This document shows, piece after piece, positions 1 through 11,475 of a stretch of DNA of 64,000 nt (the first letter of the stretch is position 1; each line of letters begins with the position of its first letter). The stretch lies in NCBI RefSeq assembly GCF_009914755.1, contig NC_060942.1. One strand, 5' to 3'. Origin of the DNA: the human T2T-CHM13v2.0 reference genome, Homo sapiens. A model generated the notes under the pieces. That model saw only the letters and a list, made by a program, of their open reading frames with translations. It was not told the origin of the DNA and ran no database searches. The position numbers were made by a program, and so were the translations under genes.

Positions 1-295
1 TGTATTTTCAAGATGAAGATATGATAATTTTATGCCCCTCTTTGACAAACAACCATCAAAGCCTGTAATGAGTTTCTTATCCCTTTAGCATAAAATAGGA
101 AGTTCCTAATGTGGTTTACAAGGCTCCTCCTGTTCTGGGATATGCCTTCTACTCCAGGCTCATCATGAACTACTCTGTTTTTAATTTTCCTTTGTTTGTG
201 ATTAATATATCTCTAAATTGTCTTTCCTGTGTGTAACTGGACACTTTCCCTTTCCAGAGAGAAAATGTAAAGCAAAAATGATTTTATGTCACTAT

Positions 296-301
296 TTTAT
301 T
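296..301 (-). terminator. SERPINB3: Polyadenylation signal AATAAA of SERPINB3
   Basis: TTTATT on + strand about 440 nt past the stop codon; cleavage site inferred at about 275-282. Confidence 0.75.
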
Positions 302-738
302 GATGATGTGTTTTATAGAATCACAAAATTTAGAAACATAAGAAGGATTTAGGTATCACCTAAATTCAAAGAAATGTGTGTTTCTAGGTTGCTAAATTCA
401 AAGAAAAAGTATGATTTGGTTTGGTTCATTTAAAACAGGTCACAAACAGAATTATATTTCAAATTTAGAAGATACGGTATTAAGTGATTCATCTTATTTT
501 GGACATTTTTCCTCAAGGAGAATTTTTCTGGAAGAAAAAGTACATTTATATGTGGGCTTATTAAGAGAAAGAGAGAAAGGCATGCTATTTTAATCATTAA
601 ATTCTTGATGATGACGATCATCATCAAGATGAGAAAGAAAAGAAATATGAGCCAAGAGAATCTGTTGTTGCCAGCAATCAGTTTACCAGAACATCTGCAG
701 GTGAACATTTTCCAAATGGAGTGACAGACTAATTGCAT

Positions 739-1143
739 CTACGGGGATGAGAATCTGCCATAGAAGAGGATGCTGTTGGTCTTATTTTGCCTTATGAAGA
801 ATAGGAAAGGGTGATTACAATGGAACTCTTCATTAGTTGAAGTAGGTGATGATCCGAATCCTACTACAGCGGTGGCAGCTGCAGCTTCTGCTCCCTCCTC
901 TGTAACCTCCACAAAGGCCTTGTGTAGGACTCCAGATAGCACGAGACCGCGGCTCCCGGTCATGCCTGAGAGGTCTGCATCCCCATTGAAGATATCCACC
1001 ATTCCCATGGTTCTCAACGTGTCCTTGAGGTCATAGCTCTCTTCCACTTTGAACCGAGGTAAGTGTAAATCGACACGTGTCTCTCTCATATTCTGCAAAC
1101 TTGTCCATTCCATCAATTTCTCAGCAGTGAGTTTCTCTTCAAG
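739..1143 (-). CDS. SERPINB3: SERPINB3 exon 8 coding part (aa 257-390, hinge and reactive centre loop)
   Basis: Acceptor TTGTATAG|CTTGAAG; [13 protein letters not shown]...[21 protein letters not shown]...[12 protein letters not shown]...GRFSSP; stop TAG at 739-741. Confidence 0.98.
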   Translation of the reverse strand, partial: LEEKLTAEKLMEWTSLQNMRETRVDLHLPRFKVEESYDLKDTLRTMGMVDIFNGDADLSGMTGSRGLVLSGVLHKAFVEVTEEGAEAAAATAVVGFGSSPTSTNEEFHCNHPFLFFIRQNKTNSILFYGRFSSP

Positions 1144-1912
1144 CTATACAAATGGAAAAAAGAAACTGATATGACTAACTGTTGATTTCTAATACACCTT
1201 AACAATGAATTGACTATGTGGAGAATCCTTATTTTGGCAACAAATGTGAAATACAGAAGGTTCACTTTATTAGATATTATTATTCTAATAGGCAAAATAT
1301 GAGTCCTGGATATATAAATACATTGGGTTATATGTGTATGTGTATAAACAGAATCAAGTTTTTATGTATATGTAATGTGTACATATGTATGTATACAACT
1401 GTATGATACACATGTAAAAATATGATTACATTATTTTGTACACAATGAACTATATATATCACTATTTCTTGTGCCAACAGCCTACTACATGTGTCAATTT
1501 TTAATAGGCTCATCTTATTTTTCTGTATACATTATTTAGTACACATTGCAATTATTAAATTGCAATTCCCCAAATTCCTAAATTTCTATTCCCTTTTTTA
1601 CTTGGTGTATTCGTAAACTTTCCTCACATTGCTATATATTTCTCCCAGTCAAGTTTAAATTGCTGCATAATAATATCATTAAATTGATATCCAATGCATG
1701 TAACTCTAATAAATTAATCATTAACTATGCCTTCAGTTTGTGTCAGGCCCTATGCTTAAATCTTTGTAATATGAAGGTGAGTCATCATTCCTCATTTAGA
1801 ATTTTTCATTATTTTGAGGCAACTCGGTCACCAGCTTTTACCTTGTTTAAACTTGGTATCTTTGGAAAAATGTCAGGCAGTAGAAGGAAGAGTTGTAGAT
1901 GCAAGTTCTTAC

Positions 1913-2068
1913 CTTCTGGAGACCATCGATTTCATTTGGCAGCAACACAATCATGCTTAGATCTTTGCCTTTGTATGGTATTTCCAGGACCTTGGCCTGT
2001 ACATCCTCCAGCGAGGCAAAATGAAAAGATGTGTATTGCCTCATCATCTGTATGGACTTGTATGTATT
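1913..2068 (-). CDS. SERPINB3: SERPINB3 exon 7 (156 nt)
   Basis: TTGTAG|AATACA...CAGAAG|GTAAGA; NTYKSIQMMRQY...VLEIPYKGKDLSMIVLLPNEIDGLQK. Confidence 0.98.
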
Positions 2069-2351
2069 CTACAATAAATCAATGTGTCCAACAAATACCA
2101 AGTGAGACACAAGGCAAAAAGATAATATTATTGAGATATCAACACATCCTTCTTTTAAGAAATAATCCAAGAATGTAATGAGTTAGAGACAATAGCTTCT
2201 TCAGGAATTCCTAACTAAATAAAGTTATAAGACTAAAACAACAAAAAAACAGACATGAACAATTTTATTTTTTACTTGTCATGGTACATTCCATCAGAAA
2301 TGTTTAAATTTATTAACATATTACATTATATAAATAAAATATAGACAATAC

Positions 2352-2494
2352 CTTGTTTGGCCAAAATTTTTCCTCTTTAGTATCTTCTTTATTAAATTTC
2401 TTCTCCCACTGCCCTTTGAAATAGATTGCGTTCACAAGAACCAATGTGGTATTGCTGCCAATATTACCTTCAGGAATTAGGTTTTTAATTTTTT
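2352..2494 (-). CDS. SERPINB3: SERPINB3 exon 6 (143 nt)
   Basis: TTGCAG|AAAAAATT...AACAAG|GTATTG; KIKNLIPEG...LVLVNAIYFKGQW...FWPNK (serpin NAIYFKG motif). Confidence 0.98.
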
Positions 2495-3593
2495 CTGCAA
2501 GGGAAAGAATAAAAGAGTCTTTTACACAAGCTACAAATGGCTTGTCTGGAAGATGCTTTGCAAATGTTCGTGACTGATCGTTAATTATTGACCCAAATCC
2601 CTACTTGAGACTCACTGACTTTGATCTTTGAATTGTTAGACTCACTGACCAGTGGTTCACCAGATGCAGCTTTCTTCAAGGCTCCAGTCGTATAAAGTTG
2701 CCCTTAATGGAGACATCACTTCTTGTGATAGAGAAGGAGTTCACGTTCTCTGTGTATGAATGAGTCCATTCATCTGATTTGGAATACTGATAAACTGATT
2801 TTGTCTACTCTTTCAACATGTGTCTTTCCTTTCTCCCTCCTTCCTCTTCCTACTTTTTTTTTTTTTTTTTAACTACGGGGTCCCCATTCAGAGGAAGTAG
2901 GCCCTGACTGCTTTTTAGGACAAGTGACATGAGCTCTGTAATATGAAACGCATGTCCTGTGCTGTCAGACACTACTTCCGGGGGTATCTTCCTATTCACT
3001 CTCATGTTGAGTTGCTGTAAGTTTGGCCTGTAATGAGAGGTGGGAGGTAGGATAGATGTCTATAGAATGGAGAATTTGTTAAGCTCTTGCCCTTGATGGG
3101 GAAGAGAGCTGTGATAATCCCTGCAGAACTTGTGGCTAGAGATGTGATCCAGGCAGCTCTAGTTCAGATGGCAAAAGGGTGATTTACCAGAGAGCTGCTT
3201 GTTTCCCAATTAGTAAAGGGGAAGGGAGATGCTTTCTAATGTTTCCTTTTAAATATTCATCATAAAATATTGGTTCTGATTTAAAGTAAAGGACATGATC
3301 TCAAATTGGACCTGAGTGGAGACAAGGGATCCACAAAGCTATTGTCATCCAGGAACATGAGCAAAGAATCCTCCGGCTATGTTTTCTTCTAATTGGCTTC
3401 CTGTGATTTCCTCCTTGGCTCCCCTAGGCTCTCTTCATAATCATTTGGAAAAACTCTTCATCTGGAGTGCCCTCTTCTTCCCTCCCTGCAAAGCCATCTC
3501 AATTCCCACCCATGGTCCCCCATGCAGTTTCAGGCATAGGGCTCACTCGCATAGATTTCTCAAAGGTGTTTCTATAATGGGTGGCTCTCCTAC

Positions 3594-3711
3594 CATTCGT
3601 TTGACTTTCCACCCAGGAGTTAATCTTCTTTCGACTTTCTTCTGGAGCATTTGCAAAATCAACAGATTCCACACTGGTCTGGTAAAATTTCTTGATGGCA
3701 TCTAAATATTC
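3594..3711 (-). CDS. SERPINB3: SERPINB3 exon 5 (118 nt)
   Basis: CTCAAAG|GAATAT...ACGAATG|GTAGGA; EYLDAIKKFYQTSVESVDFANAPEESRKKINSWVESQTN. Confidence 0.98.
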
Positions 3712-4480
3712 CTTTGAGATATGAAGGAAGAAAGTAGGAAGTAAGAGTAATGTATGTAACTATATATTACCAAATTTAGTTATTTATAATTATAGTAAGC
3801 TGAATCCAGACCCTGAATAGATGCAGTATCTCCTGTCCATGCATATTTTTATACTGGTGCCATGTAGGCAATGCAAAAGCGGAGTGCGGGCTGGCGCAAG
3901 AAAGAGGTCACCGAAGGTCAATATCATCTGGCAAAAGGCAGAAGCAGAAGAGGCTGTGGTTTGCAAACTGCAGAGCAGGCTTCCCTGAAGGAGATTCATT
4001 GCTTCTCAGACCTCTTTCCAGTAATTTCAACCATGATGTTTCTGATCTTTGTTTTTATCTTTCATCCTGTGCATTCAGTATTTCCTGGTACTTCCTCAAC
4101 TATTCTCAGGAACTCACCCAAGCCTGCCCATTCCAATAATATCCCATTAGTCATACATTTCCCACCAAGATGTATCGTATGTGACTGAGTCAGTGCCAGT
4201 TTATCGATGGTATCTTATTACTTATTACTCTTACTCACTCTATTACCCAACCTCCTCTTTTATTACAAGATTATCCCTAAATCCACACTTCAGTGATGTA
4301 TTGTTAGGGTCTGGGACACTCCAGTGGGGGAGAGTTGTGGAAACGGAGCTAATGCACTCTGAGTAAATGCTCTCCACCTGGATCGGTCAGGCTCATCTGC
4401 CTTGCTTTCTTCCATTTGGCCACTCAGAGACACAGACATCAGGCTGCAGATGAAAGGTGGGTAGGCCAGGTGAAATTTAC

Positions 4481-4609
4481 CTGTAAAAATAGATACGTTT
4501 TTTCTCCGAAGAGCTTGTTGGCGATCTTCAGCTCATATGCATCAGTGGATTTGTTGAATTCAGTCAGAAGCTTTTGAAACTGGTGATGAACATTTCCTGA
4601 CCTATCAAC
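4481..4609 (-). CDS. SERPINB3: SERPINB3 exon 4 (129 nt)
   Basis: TTGAAG|GTTGAT...TTACAG|GTAAAT; VDRSGNVHHQFQKLLTEFNKSTDAYELKIANKLFGEKTYLFLQ. Confidence 0.98.
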
Positions 4610-5881
4610 CTTCAAACATCAAAAAAGGAGATCATTCAATTGCTGTATCAATGTAAATACTAAACCCATGCTAAGTCTGTTAGATCAGTCCCTAATGGCT
4701 GGTAGTCTCAATGAGGACCTTTGAGCTTATTCCCTGATACTTGGTGTATTTCACCTCAAATACCCTTCAAAATCCACCTTATGTTTCACTTCTTCCAGGA
4801 AATTCTTCTTGCTCTAATGTACTGCAATCTTTTCTCTTCTGAACTATAGATGCAGCACTGTCTACCACTGGATTTTGTCCTTGTTGGTTTAAAGGGTTAG
4901 GTTTAGCTTCCCAGTTAAACTCTCAGCTCCTTAAAGGCAAGGACCATATTTCACTTCTAACAGTCATCAAGGATATGAGTATGTTGAAGGTTGGATATTT
5001 TAAATAGATTATGCCAGGAAGCCCTGTTATACCTGTTGGTGCTGTTATCTTGTAGGACACATTGACTGATCTGTGACTGTTTCCTCATGATGGTCATTCT
5101 CTGCACGTAAGAAGAGTGTGTGCCAGGTACATGGCTAAGGACTTTACATGGGTAACTTTAAGTCTTTAGTTCAATTCAGGTGAAAACAAGAAAGCTCAGA
5201 GAATGGAAAGTAAACCTCTTCATAGAGACATAAATTAGAAGTGCCACGTTTTGAACCTAAGCCTGTTTAAATCTAGAAACTTCTACTTTCCAGCAAAGCA
5301 TTTTGCACTATTAAGGCTCTAAACCAATATATTCCATAGCAATCATTTTCCAAAATATAGTTGGACTTGTGCTTATTCCTCTTTATCTCATTAATGACTC
5401 AATGAAAATTAAATATTTTGCAACATTATTGTGATTAGTATAATTATAGCTATTTTATAATAATAATAACATTTATTATGACATTTTATGGGCAAGGCAA
5501 TGTTGTAAACATTTGCATGTATTTGCATGTATTGAGTCAGATTTCTTATTACCCTTAGTTTTCTGGGATGAGGTCACTGGGACTCTGAGCAGTTGTGTCC
5601 TGCTCATGTTCACCATTTGTGAAGAGCAAAGCTGGAGTCTGAACCTAGCCTATCCTGATCCAGACCTATGCTCTGAGGTACAGTGCTGACTGTCTTTCAG
5701 TAACGAAGAAAGGAGGAATAATAATTATGTGCCATGAAATGCCAACCCACTCTGTATGTCTCAATCTTTGTGTCCAAGATTTTCCCTAAAAATGGCCTTT
5801 TCTTAGTTTCTGTGAAGTTCCAGGTTCAAACTATGACCTGTTCGGGGATCTAAAGCTGAACCATAGTGCTCTGTGACTCAC

Positions 5882-5938
5882 ATGATATGTTGCAGCTTTT
5901 CCTGTGGTGTTCTCTGTGACTTGATCAAAGTGAAGAAC
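5882..5938 (-). CDS. SERPINB3: SERPINB3 exon 3 (57 nt, CD-loop region)
   Basis: TTCCAG|GTTCTT...TATCAT|GTGAGT; VLHFDQVTENTTGKAATYH. Confidence 0.97.
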
Positions 5939-6133
5939 CTGGAAGAGACATGAAGCGGGACAAGAAAACTTTACTCAAAAGATCTGTTTAAGTCAGTGGT
6001 CTCACAGTTACGGGAATTCCTGCTCAGCCCCCTGTGCTACCCATCAGACCACCACATCTATTACCATCTGCGTGCTAGCCGACGGAACCAGAGAAAAACT
6101 GCAACAGGACAACATAATGATGCTGATAGCTAC

Positions 6134-6298
6134 CTTCTTAATCTGTTGTGCAGTGTTGTCTTTGGCTCCTAAGAGGACCATCCCTAATGCTGATGTGATG
6201 CTGATAGGGGAATAGAAGATGTTGTTCTCTTTTGATTTTCTGAACTGTTGGAACAGGTCGAACATGAACTTGGTGTTGGCTTCACTGAGTGAATTCAT
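6134..6298 (-). CDS. SERPINB3: SERPINB3 exon 2 coding part (aa 1-55); exon starts at 6324
   Basis: ACCATGAAT start; MNSLSEANTKFMFDLFQQFRKSKENNIFYSPISI...QQIKK|GTAGC; acceptor TTTTCCAG|GAG at 6325/6324. Confidence 0.98.
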
Positions 6299-6927
6299 GG
6301 TGAACTCGATGTGATCTGGAACTCCTGGAAAAGCATCAGATTCCTGTCAGAATGACTTTAATAAATGGAATGGTATTTTGTAGTACAATTTTCTTAAAGA
6401 AATTATATATCTGTGTTGTGAGATTTTGACATTTAAAGTTTTCCTCATCTTATTTTTAACGTTTCAATCTTTCTACAATGTGCATATATTAAATATATTA
6501 ATGTCTTAATTAGAAGCCTCACAAAATTAGTGTTTTTAAAGACTACTGTAAATAAGTAATAGACCCTCTTTCCTTCATTGCTGGCTACACTAGGGCTAGG
6601 TAGGAAGGCTTTACAATGAATGCTAACAGGAGACCTCTGTGGATCACATCCAACCAGCTGTTAAGATGCGTCCCTGACATCTCCTTCAAGACTCTCTGGC
6701 TGCAAGGCACTCTCCCTCTGTGTTCCTAAAAGTGCCTTGGTTTACTTGGAACTAAGCAATTTAGATAAAGGACAAATCAGATGAAATAGGTATTTTAATT
6801 TTGCTCTGGCAGAATAAGTAAAATATAATCAGACAGAATGCAGGAGATGCATGATATAGAACACAGTATCATTATTATTCTCAAAAATAATTCATGTTAT
6901 TAAGCTGGAGAGGCTTGAAGCTCTTAC

Positions 6928-6977
6928 CTGTGTTCCTAGAGGAAGCAGAGGTGGGCAGAGAGGCTATGTGTGTCTGT
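6928..6977 (-). other. SERPINB3: SERPINB3 non-coding exon 1 (TSS approximate)
   Basis: Strong donor ACACAG|GTAAGAG at 6928/6927; TATA-like CATAAAT about 25-30 nt upstream of the inferred start. Confidence 0.85.
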
Positions 6978-6994
6978 GGAATGAAGGGTGAGAT

Positions 6995-7100
6995 CCTGAA
7001 TTTATGCCTCTCCTCTTGCTGCCTCTCCCTCTGTGGTTAGTATTTGAAGTTACTCAACTTCAGATTTCACAAGCGGGCTAACACTCACCTTTATGAATAC
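6995..7100 (-). promoter_or_regulatory. SERPINB3 proximal promoter
   Basis: CATAAA at 7006-7001; RUNX-like TGTGGT 7032-7037; C/EBP-like TTGTGAAAT 7072-7064. Motif matches only. Confidence 0.6.
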
Positions 7101-7693
7101 GAAAATTTATGACAAAGGACAGGATTACAGTTCTACCATTGTACCTCCTTTTTAATCTATAGGGAAAAAATAAGAATGCAAGTCAGCAGTCACCGGCTCA
7201 TGTGAAATACATGTAGGTGCCTTTCTAATGCCAATGAGAATAAGTTTAGAATTCCAATTTCCTCTCATTTGTTTCAACTCCATCCCTTTGTATTCTACTC
7301 CAGCTGTAAAACAAAAACAAAAACAAACAAACAAAAACCCCACCATTCTTTTCTTGGATTTTGCATTGTCTTTTAGGCATACTTCGAATACCAAAGAACT
7401 AAAAAGCTTACATTTCCTGTTTTTCAGTTCTGAAAGTTTTTGTCATCCTATGAATTTCCTTAGTAATTTTTCTGTATAACAAGGAATATAGTGCTAATTC
7501 TAAGTCCAAAGAGATAGTGAAGAAGTGTACTTCAGTATCTTATAGCATACTATGGAGAATAGGATTCTATTGCCTTCTCCTGAATGCTCAGCTTTGGCAG
7601 TGATCCTACCAGTCACTTCCTGTGCCCCTTACAACCATCCCAGATGGTTTTCTGTTGCATAGGCTCAGTGAGAAAGTTATCTGCCTTGCTGAG

Positions 7694-8046
7694 TGATATG
7701 GTTTGGCTGTGTTCCCACCCAAATCTCAACTTGAATTGTATCTACCAGAATTTCCACATGTTGTTGGAGGGACCCAGGTAGAGGTAATTGAATCATGGGG
7801 GCCGGTCTTTCTTGTGCTATTCTCATGATAGTTAATAAGTCTCAGGAGATCCAATGGGTTTATTAGGGGTTTCTTCTTTTGCTTCTTCCTCATTTTCTCT
7901 TGCAGCCACCATGTAAGAATAACTTTTGCCTCCTACCGTGATTCTGAGGCCTCCCCAATCACGTGGAACTCTAAGTCCAATTAAACCTCTTTTACTTCCT
8001 AATCTCAGGTATGTCTTTATCAGCAGCATGAAAACAGACTAACACA
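7694..8046 (+). mobile_element. THE1A-type MaLR solo LTR
   Basis: TGATATGGTTTGGCTGTG...ACTAACACA ends; 5-bp TSD CTGAG/TTGAG. Confidence 0.92.
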
Positions 8047-8351
8047 TTGAGTTAACAGGCTGACACTGAGAAGAGCAATTGAAACAGACGGGCCATTTTG
8101 AATGTCAGCTTTCTAATTTTTCATTTAAAAATTAAGCAGAAAAAGAAGTTGCTTGACCTGTCAGGATCACAACGTTTCTTGGTGGTCCTTCCATTTAGCA
8201 CCTGGCTTCAGACTCATTCCAGTGTTTCCTCTGGAATATCTTGTAATCTGAAGAATGTCTGTGGCCAGGGAGAGGGTTGTTGTCCAAGGCCATTTAATCC
8301 AATATCTCCCTGACAACCAGAGTGGGGGGCTGTTTGTTTTGTGGACCCCCT

Positions 8352-9010
8352 TTTTTAACATATAATTTATATGCCACAAATTCAACTGTACAATTCAATG
8401 ATTTTATTATATTCACAAAGTTGTGCTATCACCATCATGATCTCGTTCCACAACAATTTCACTACCTCCAAAAGAAAACTTGTATCTCGTTCTTCCCTTA
8501 CTCGAGACCCTGGAAACCAGTAATCTACCTCCTGTTTCTATGGATTTGCCTATTCTAAACATTTCACGTAAATCGAATCATACAGTAAGTCCTTTTGTGA
8601 CTGGCTTCTTTCATCTAGTATTATCTTCAAGGTTTGTCCACGTCATTGCATGGATCAGTACATCATTCCTTTTTGTGGTCGAATAATATTCCATTCTATG
8701 AATAGACCACATTTTCTTTATTCATAAGTTGATGGACATTTGTGTTGTTTCCATCCATTTACTATTATGAATAATGATGTTTTGACTTTTCATGTACATT
8801 TTTTTGCATGGCATATTTCTTCATTTCTTTTGAGTATAAACCTATGAATGAAATCGCTGGGTCATATGGTAAATCCAGGTTAACATTTTGAGGAAATGCC
8901 AGACTCTTCTCCATAGAATTCTGCACAAGTGTGCATTCCAACCGACTGTGAATAGAGTTCTGATTTCTCCACATTCTCCCCAACACTTGGTATTGTCATG
9001 GGCCCTTTTT
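8352..9010 (-). mobile_element. Old L1 (L1M-type) 3' fragment
   Basis: Antisense L1 3'UTR/ORF2-end motifs (gaataatattccatt..., gctgggtcatatggtaa); boundaries approximate. Confidence 0.8.
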
Positions 9011-10362
9011 AACACCAGCCATGAGTTTGTTTTCTCAGCACATCATGAAGTCAAGGGAGATTCATCTACAACAAGGTTCCGGAAACAGATAGGATGAAGT
9101 AGGGGCTGGACGGGAGAAAGGAAGCTGTGTTTCCAATCTGGAAGTTTCTCACCTGCCTGTTTCCTCAACCCCCAAGACATGCTCTTCTTAGGTCTCCTGT
9201 ATCAATATATATGTTTGGAGTCTCTGAATGAGTTTGGGAGGTATAAGTTCCCTGATTTAAGTTGGGTAATAGACTAATGGGGTGTTGATGATCTAAAAAG
9301 CTCAAAGATAGGAGAGAAAGAAACAAGAGGAAATATCCTAGATGAAGAATTCCAAAAATGAATAATGGTCTTCTTAGCTGAGTCTGCATCCAGGGCTGTA
9401 AGAGAAAAATGGACCTTCCTGTATATGGAGAAGGATGGGTTTACTTGGGTACCAAAGTGAAGGAATCTAACGTCTCATAGGACAGAAGCAAGAAGCTCAG
9501 CCTGGGAATAGAGGGGAATAAAAAGCAGGATAACAAGCTGAGGCAAACTGGGATTACAGGGGACCAGTCTATGGAAGAGAATTTCAGACTATGGCTAAAT
9601 CTTCTGAGATGCTGAGGTTTGTCATGAAGGTTGAACTTGAGGAAAGGTACTAACTGAAAATGACCAGGAGTTTGCTTAAATTTAGAGAAAGCTTGGATGA
9701 GTTCAAATGAGAAACCATTTCAGACATTTTTTTCTGTTCCTAAAAAGTACTCCTGGCATGTGATAGACATTCTTGACAGGACATATCCTGATGTGCGAGA
9801 TGGGACATATCCTGATGTCATATATTGCCACAGAGAGCTCAGGAATTCCAAGAAGTTTTTTGCATGTGAACACTTGCCAACTTATGTATCTTGGCATTTC
9901 ATAAACCTATGCCAACTTCATTGGATCCAGGAATCCAGAAATTAAAAACAAATCCTCAATGGGAAATTACACTTTCAGGAAATATCCTGTCATTACTAAT
10001 GTCTTTATAGGTTGGTTAACAAATATCTCCTAGATTTTCCTGGACCTCACTTCCTTATGAAGGCTGTAAAGTTTTCTCAGCATTGTGAAGTTACAAATTA
10101 AAGAGAACATTTATTTATTGTTTCTTACCTATGTGCTTGTGCCTATCTATAGGGAAACTGGTTAGTGGAAGAGATTTTTCAAGCATCAAATAACAGAATA
10201 TATGCCAATTACTGTATTCCCAAGGATCTCTCTACAGATGTGAATATGTATATATTGAACAACCTCAGAATAAGATTAACTAGCTTTCCTTTCTTAGTTT
10301 TCATGAGGGAAAACAACTCCAGTAAGGTTTGAAAAGCAGAGCGGGAAATAGTCTCACATGTA

Positions 10363-11475
10363 TGTTGCAGGAAGTCAGGGACCCTGAACCGAGGGACTGG
10401 CTGAAGCCATGGCAGAAGAACATAGATTATGAAGTTTTCATGGACATTTATTAGTTCCCCAAATTAATACTTTTATAATTTCTTATGCCTGTCTTTACTG
10501 CAATCTCTGAACATAAATTGTGAAGATTTCATGAACACTTATCACTTCCTCAATCAATACCCTTGTGATTTCCTATGCCTGTCTTTACTTTAATCTCTTA
10601 ATCCCATCATCTTTGCAAGCTGAGGAGAATGTATGTGGTCCCAGGACCCTGTGATGATTGCATTAACTGCATAAATTATTTGTAGAGCATGTGTGTTTGA
10701 ACAATATGAAATCTGGGCACCTTGAAAAAAGAACAGGATAACAGCAATGTTCAGGGAACATGAGTGATAACCTTAAACTCTGACCGCCGGTGAGCTGGGT
10801 GGAACAGAGCCATATTTCTCTTCTTTCAAAAGCAAATGGGAGAAATATCGCTGAATTCTTTTTCTCATCAAGGAACATCCCTGAGAAAGAGAATATGCCC
10901 CTGAGGGTAGGCCTTTAAAATGGCCGCTTTGGGGGGCAGCCGTCTTTTATGGTTGAAGCTGTAGGGATGAAATAAGCCCCAACCTCCCGTAGCGCTCCTA
11001 GGCTTATTAGGATGAGGAAAGTCCCATCTAATAAATTTTTGGTCAGACCGGTTGTCTGCTCTCAAACCCTGTCTCCTGATAAGATGTTATCAATGACAAT
11101 GCGTGCCCGAAACTTCATTAGCAATTTTAATTTCACCCAGGTCCTGTGGTCCTGTGATCTCACCCTGCCTCCATTTGCCTTGTGATATTCTATCACCTTG
11201 TGAAGCACGTGATCTCTGTGACCCACACTCTATTCGTACACTCCCTCTCCTTTTGAAATCACTAATAAAAACTTGCTGGTTTTGTGGCTCAGGGGGTATC
11301 ATGGAACCTGCCAAACTGTGATGTCTTCCCCAGACACCCAGCTTTAAAATTTCTCTCTTTTGTACTCTATCCCTTTATTTCTCAGACCAGCCGACACTTA
11401 GGGAAAATAGAAAAGAACCTACGTGAAATATCAGGGGTGAATTTTACCTGATATCTGGCTGAATTTCCCCTGATA
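10363..11475 (+). mobile_element. MER11 solo LTR (HERV-K HML-8)
   Basis: Starts TGTTGCAGGAAGTCAGGGACC, ends TTTCCCCTGATA; about 1.1 kb; 6-bp TSD CATGTA/TATGTA. Confidence 0.92.

Larger units (their letters stand above)
280..6977 (-). other. SERPINB3: SERPINB3 gene (SCCA1), 8 exons; outer ends approximate
   Basis: Coding exons 165+57+129+118+143+156+405 = 1173 nt = 390 aa + stop, all with GT-AG junctions. Reactive loop [10 protein letters not shown] matches SERPINB3, not SERPINB4 (VVVVELSSPS). Confidence 0.97.

Noticed and set aside
1660-2178. 172-aa + strand ORF; similarly 3379-3705
   Set aside because: Antisense shadows of SERPINB3 exons with no recognisable protein.
739-6298. Gene could be SERPINB4
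   Set aside because: The reactive loop is GFGSSPTS, the SERPINB3 sequence.
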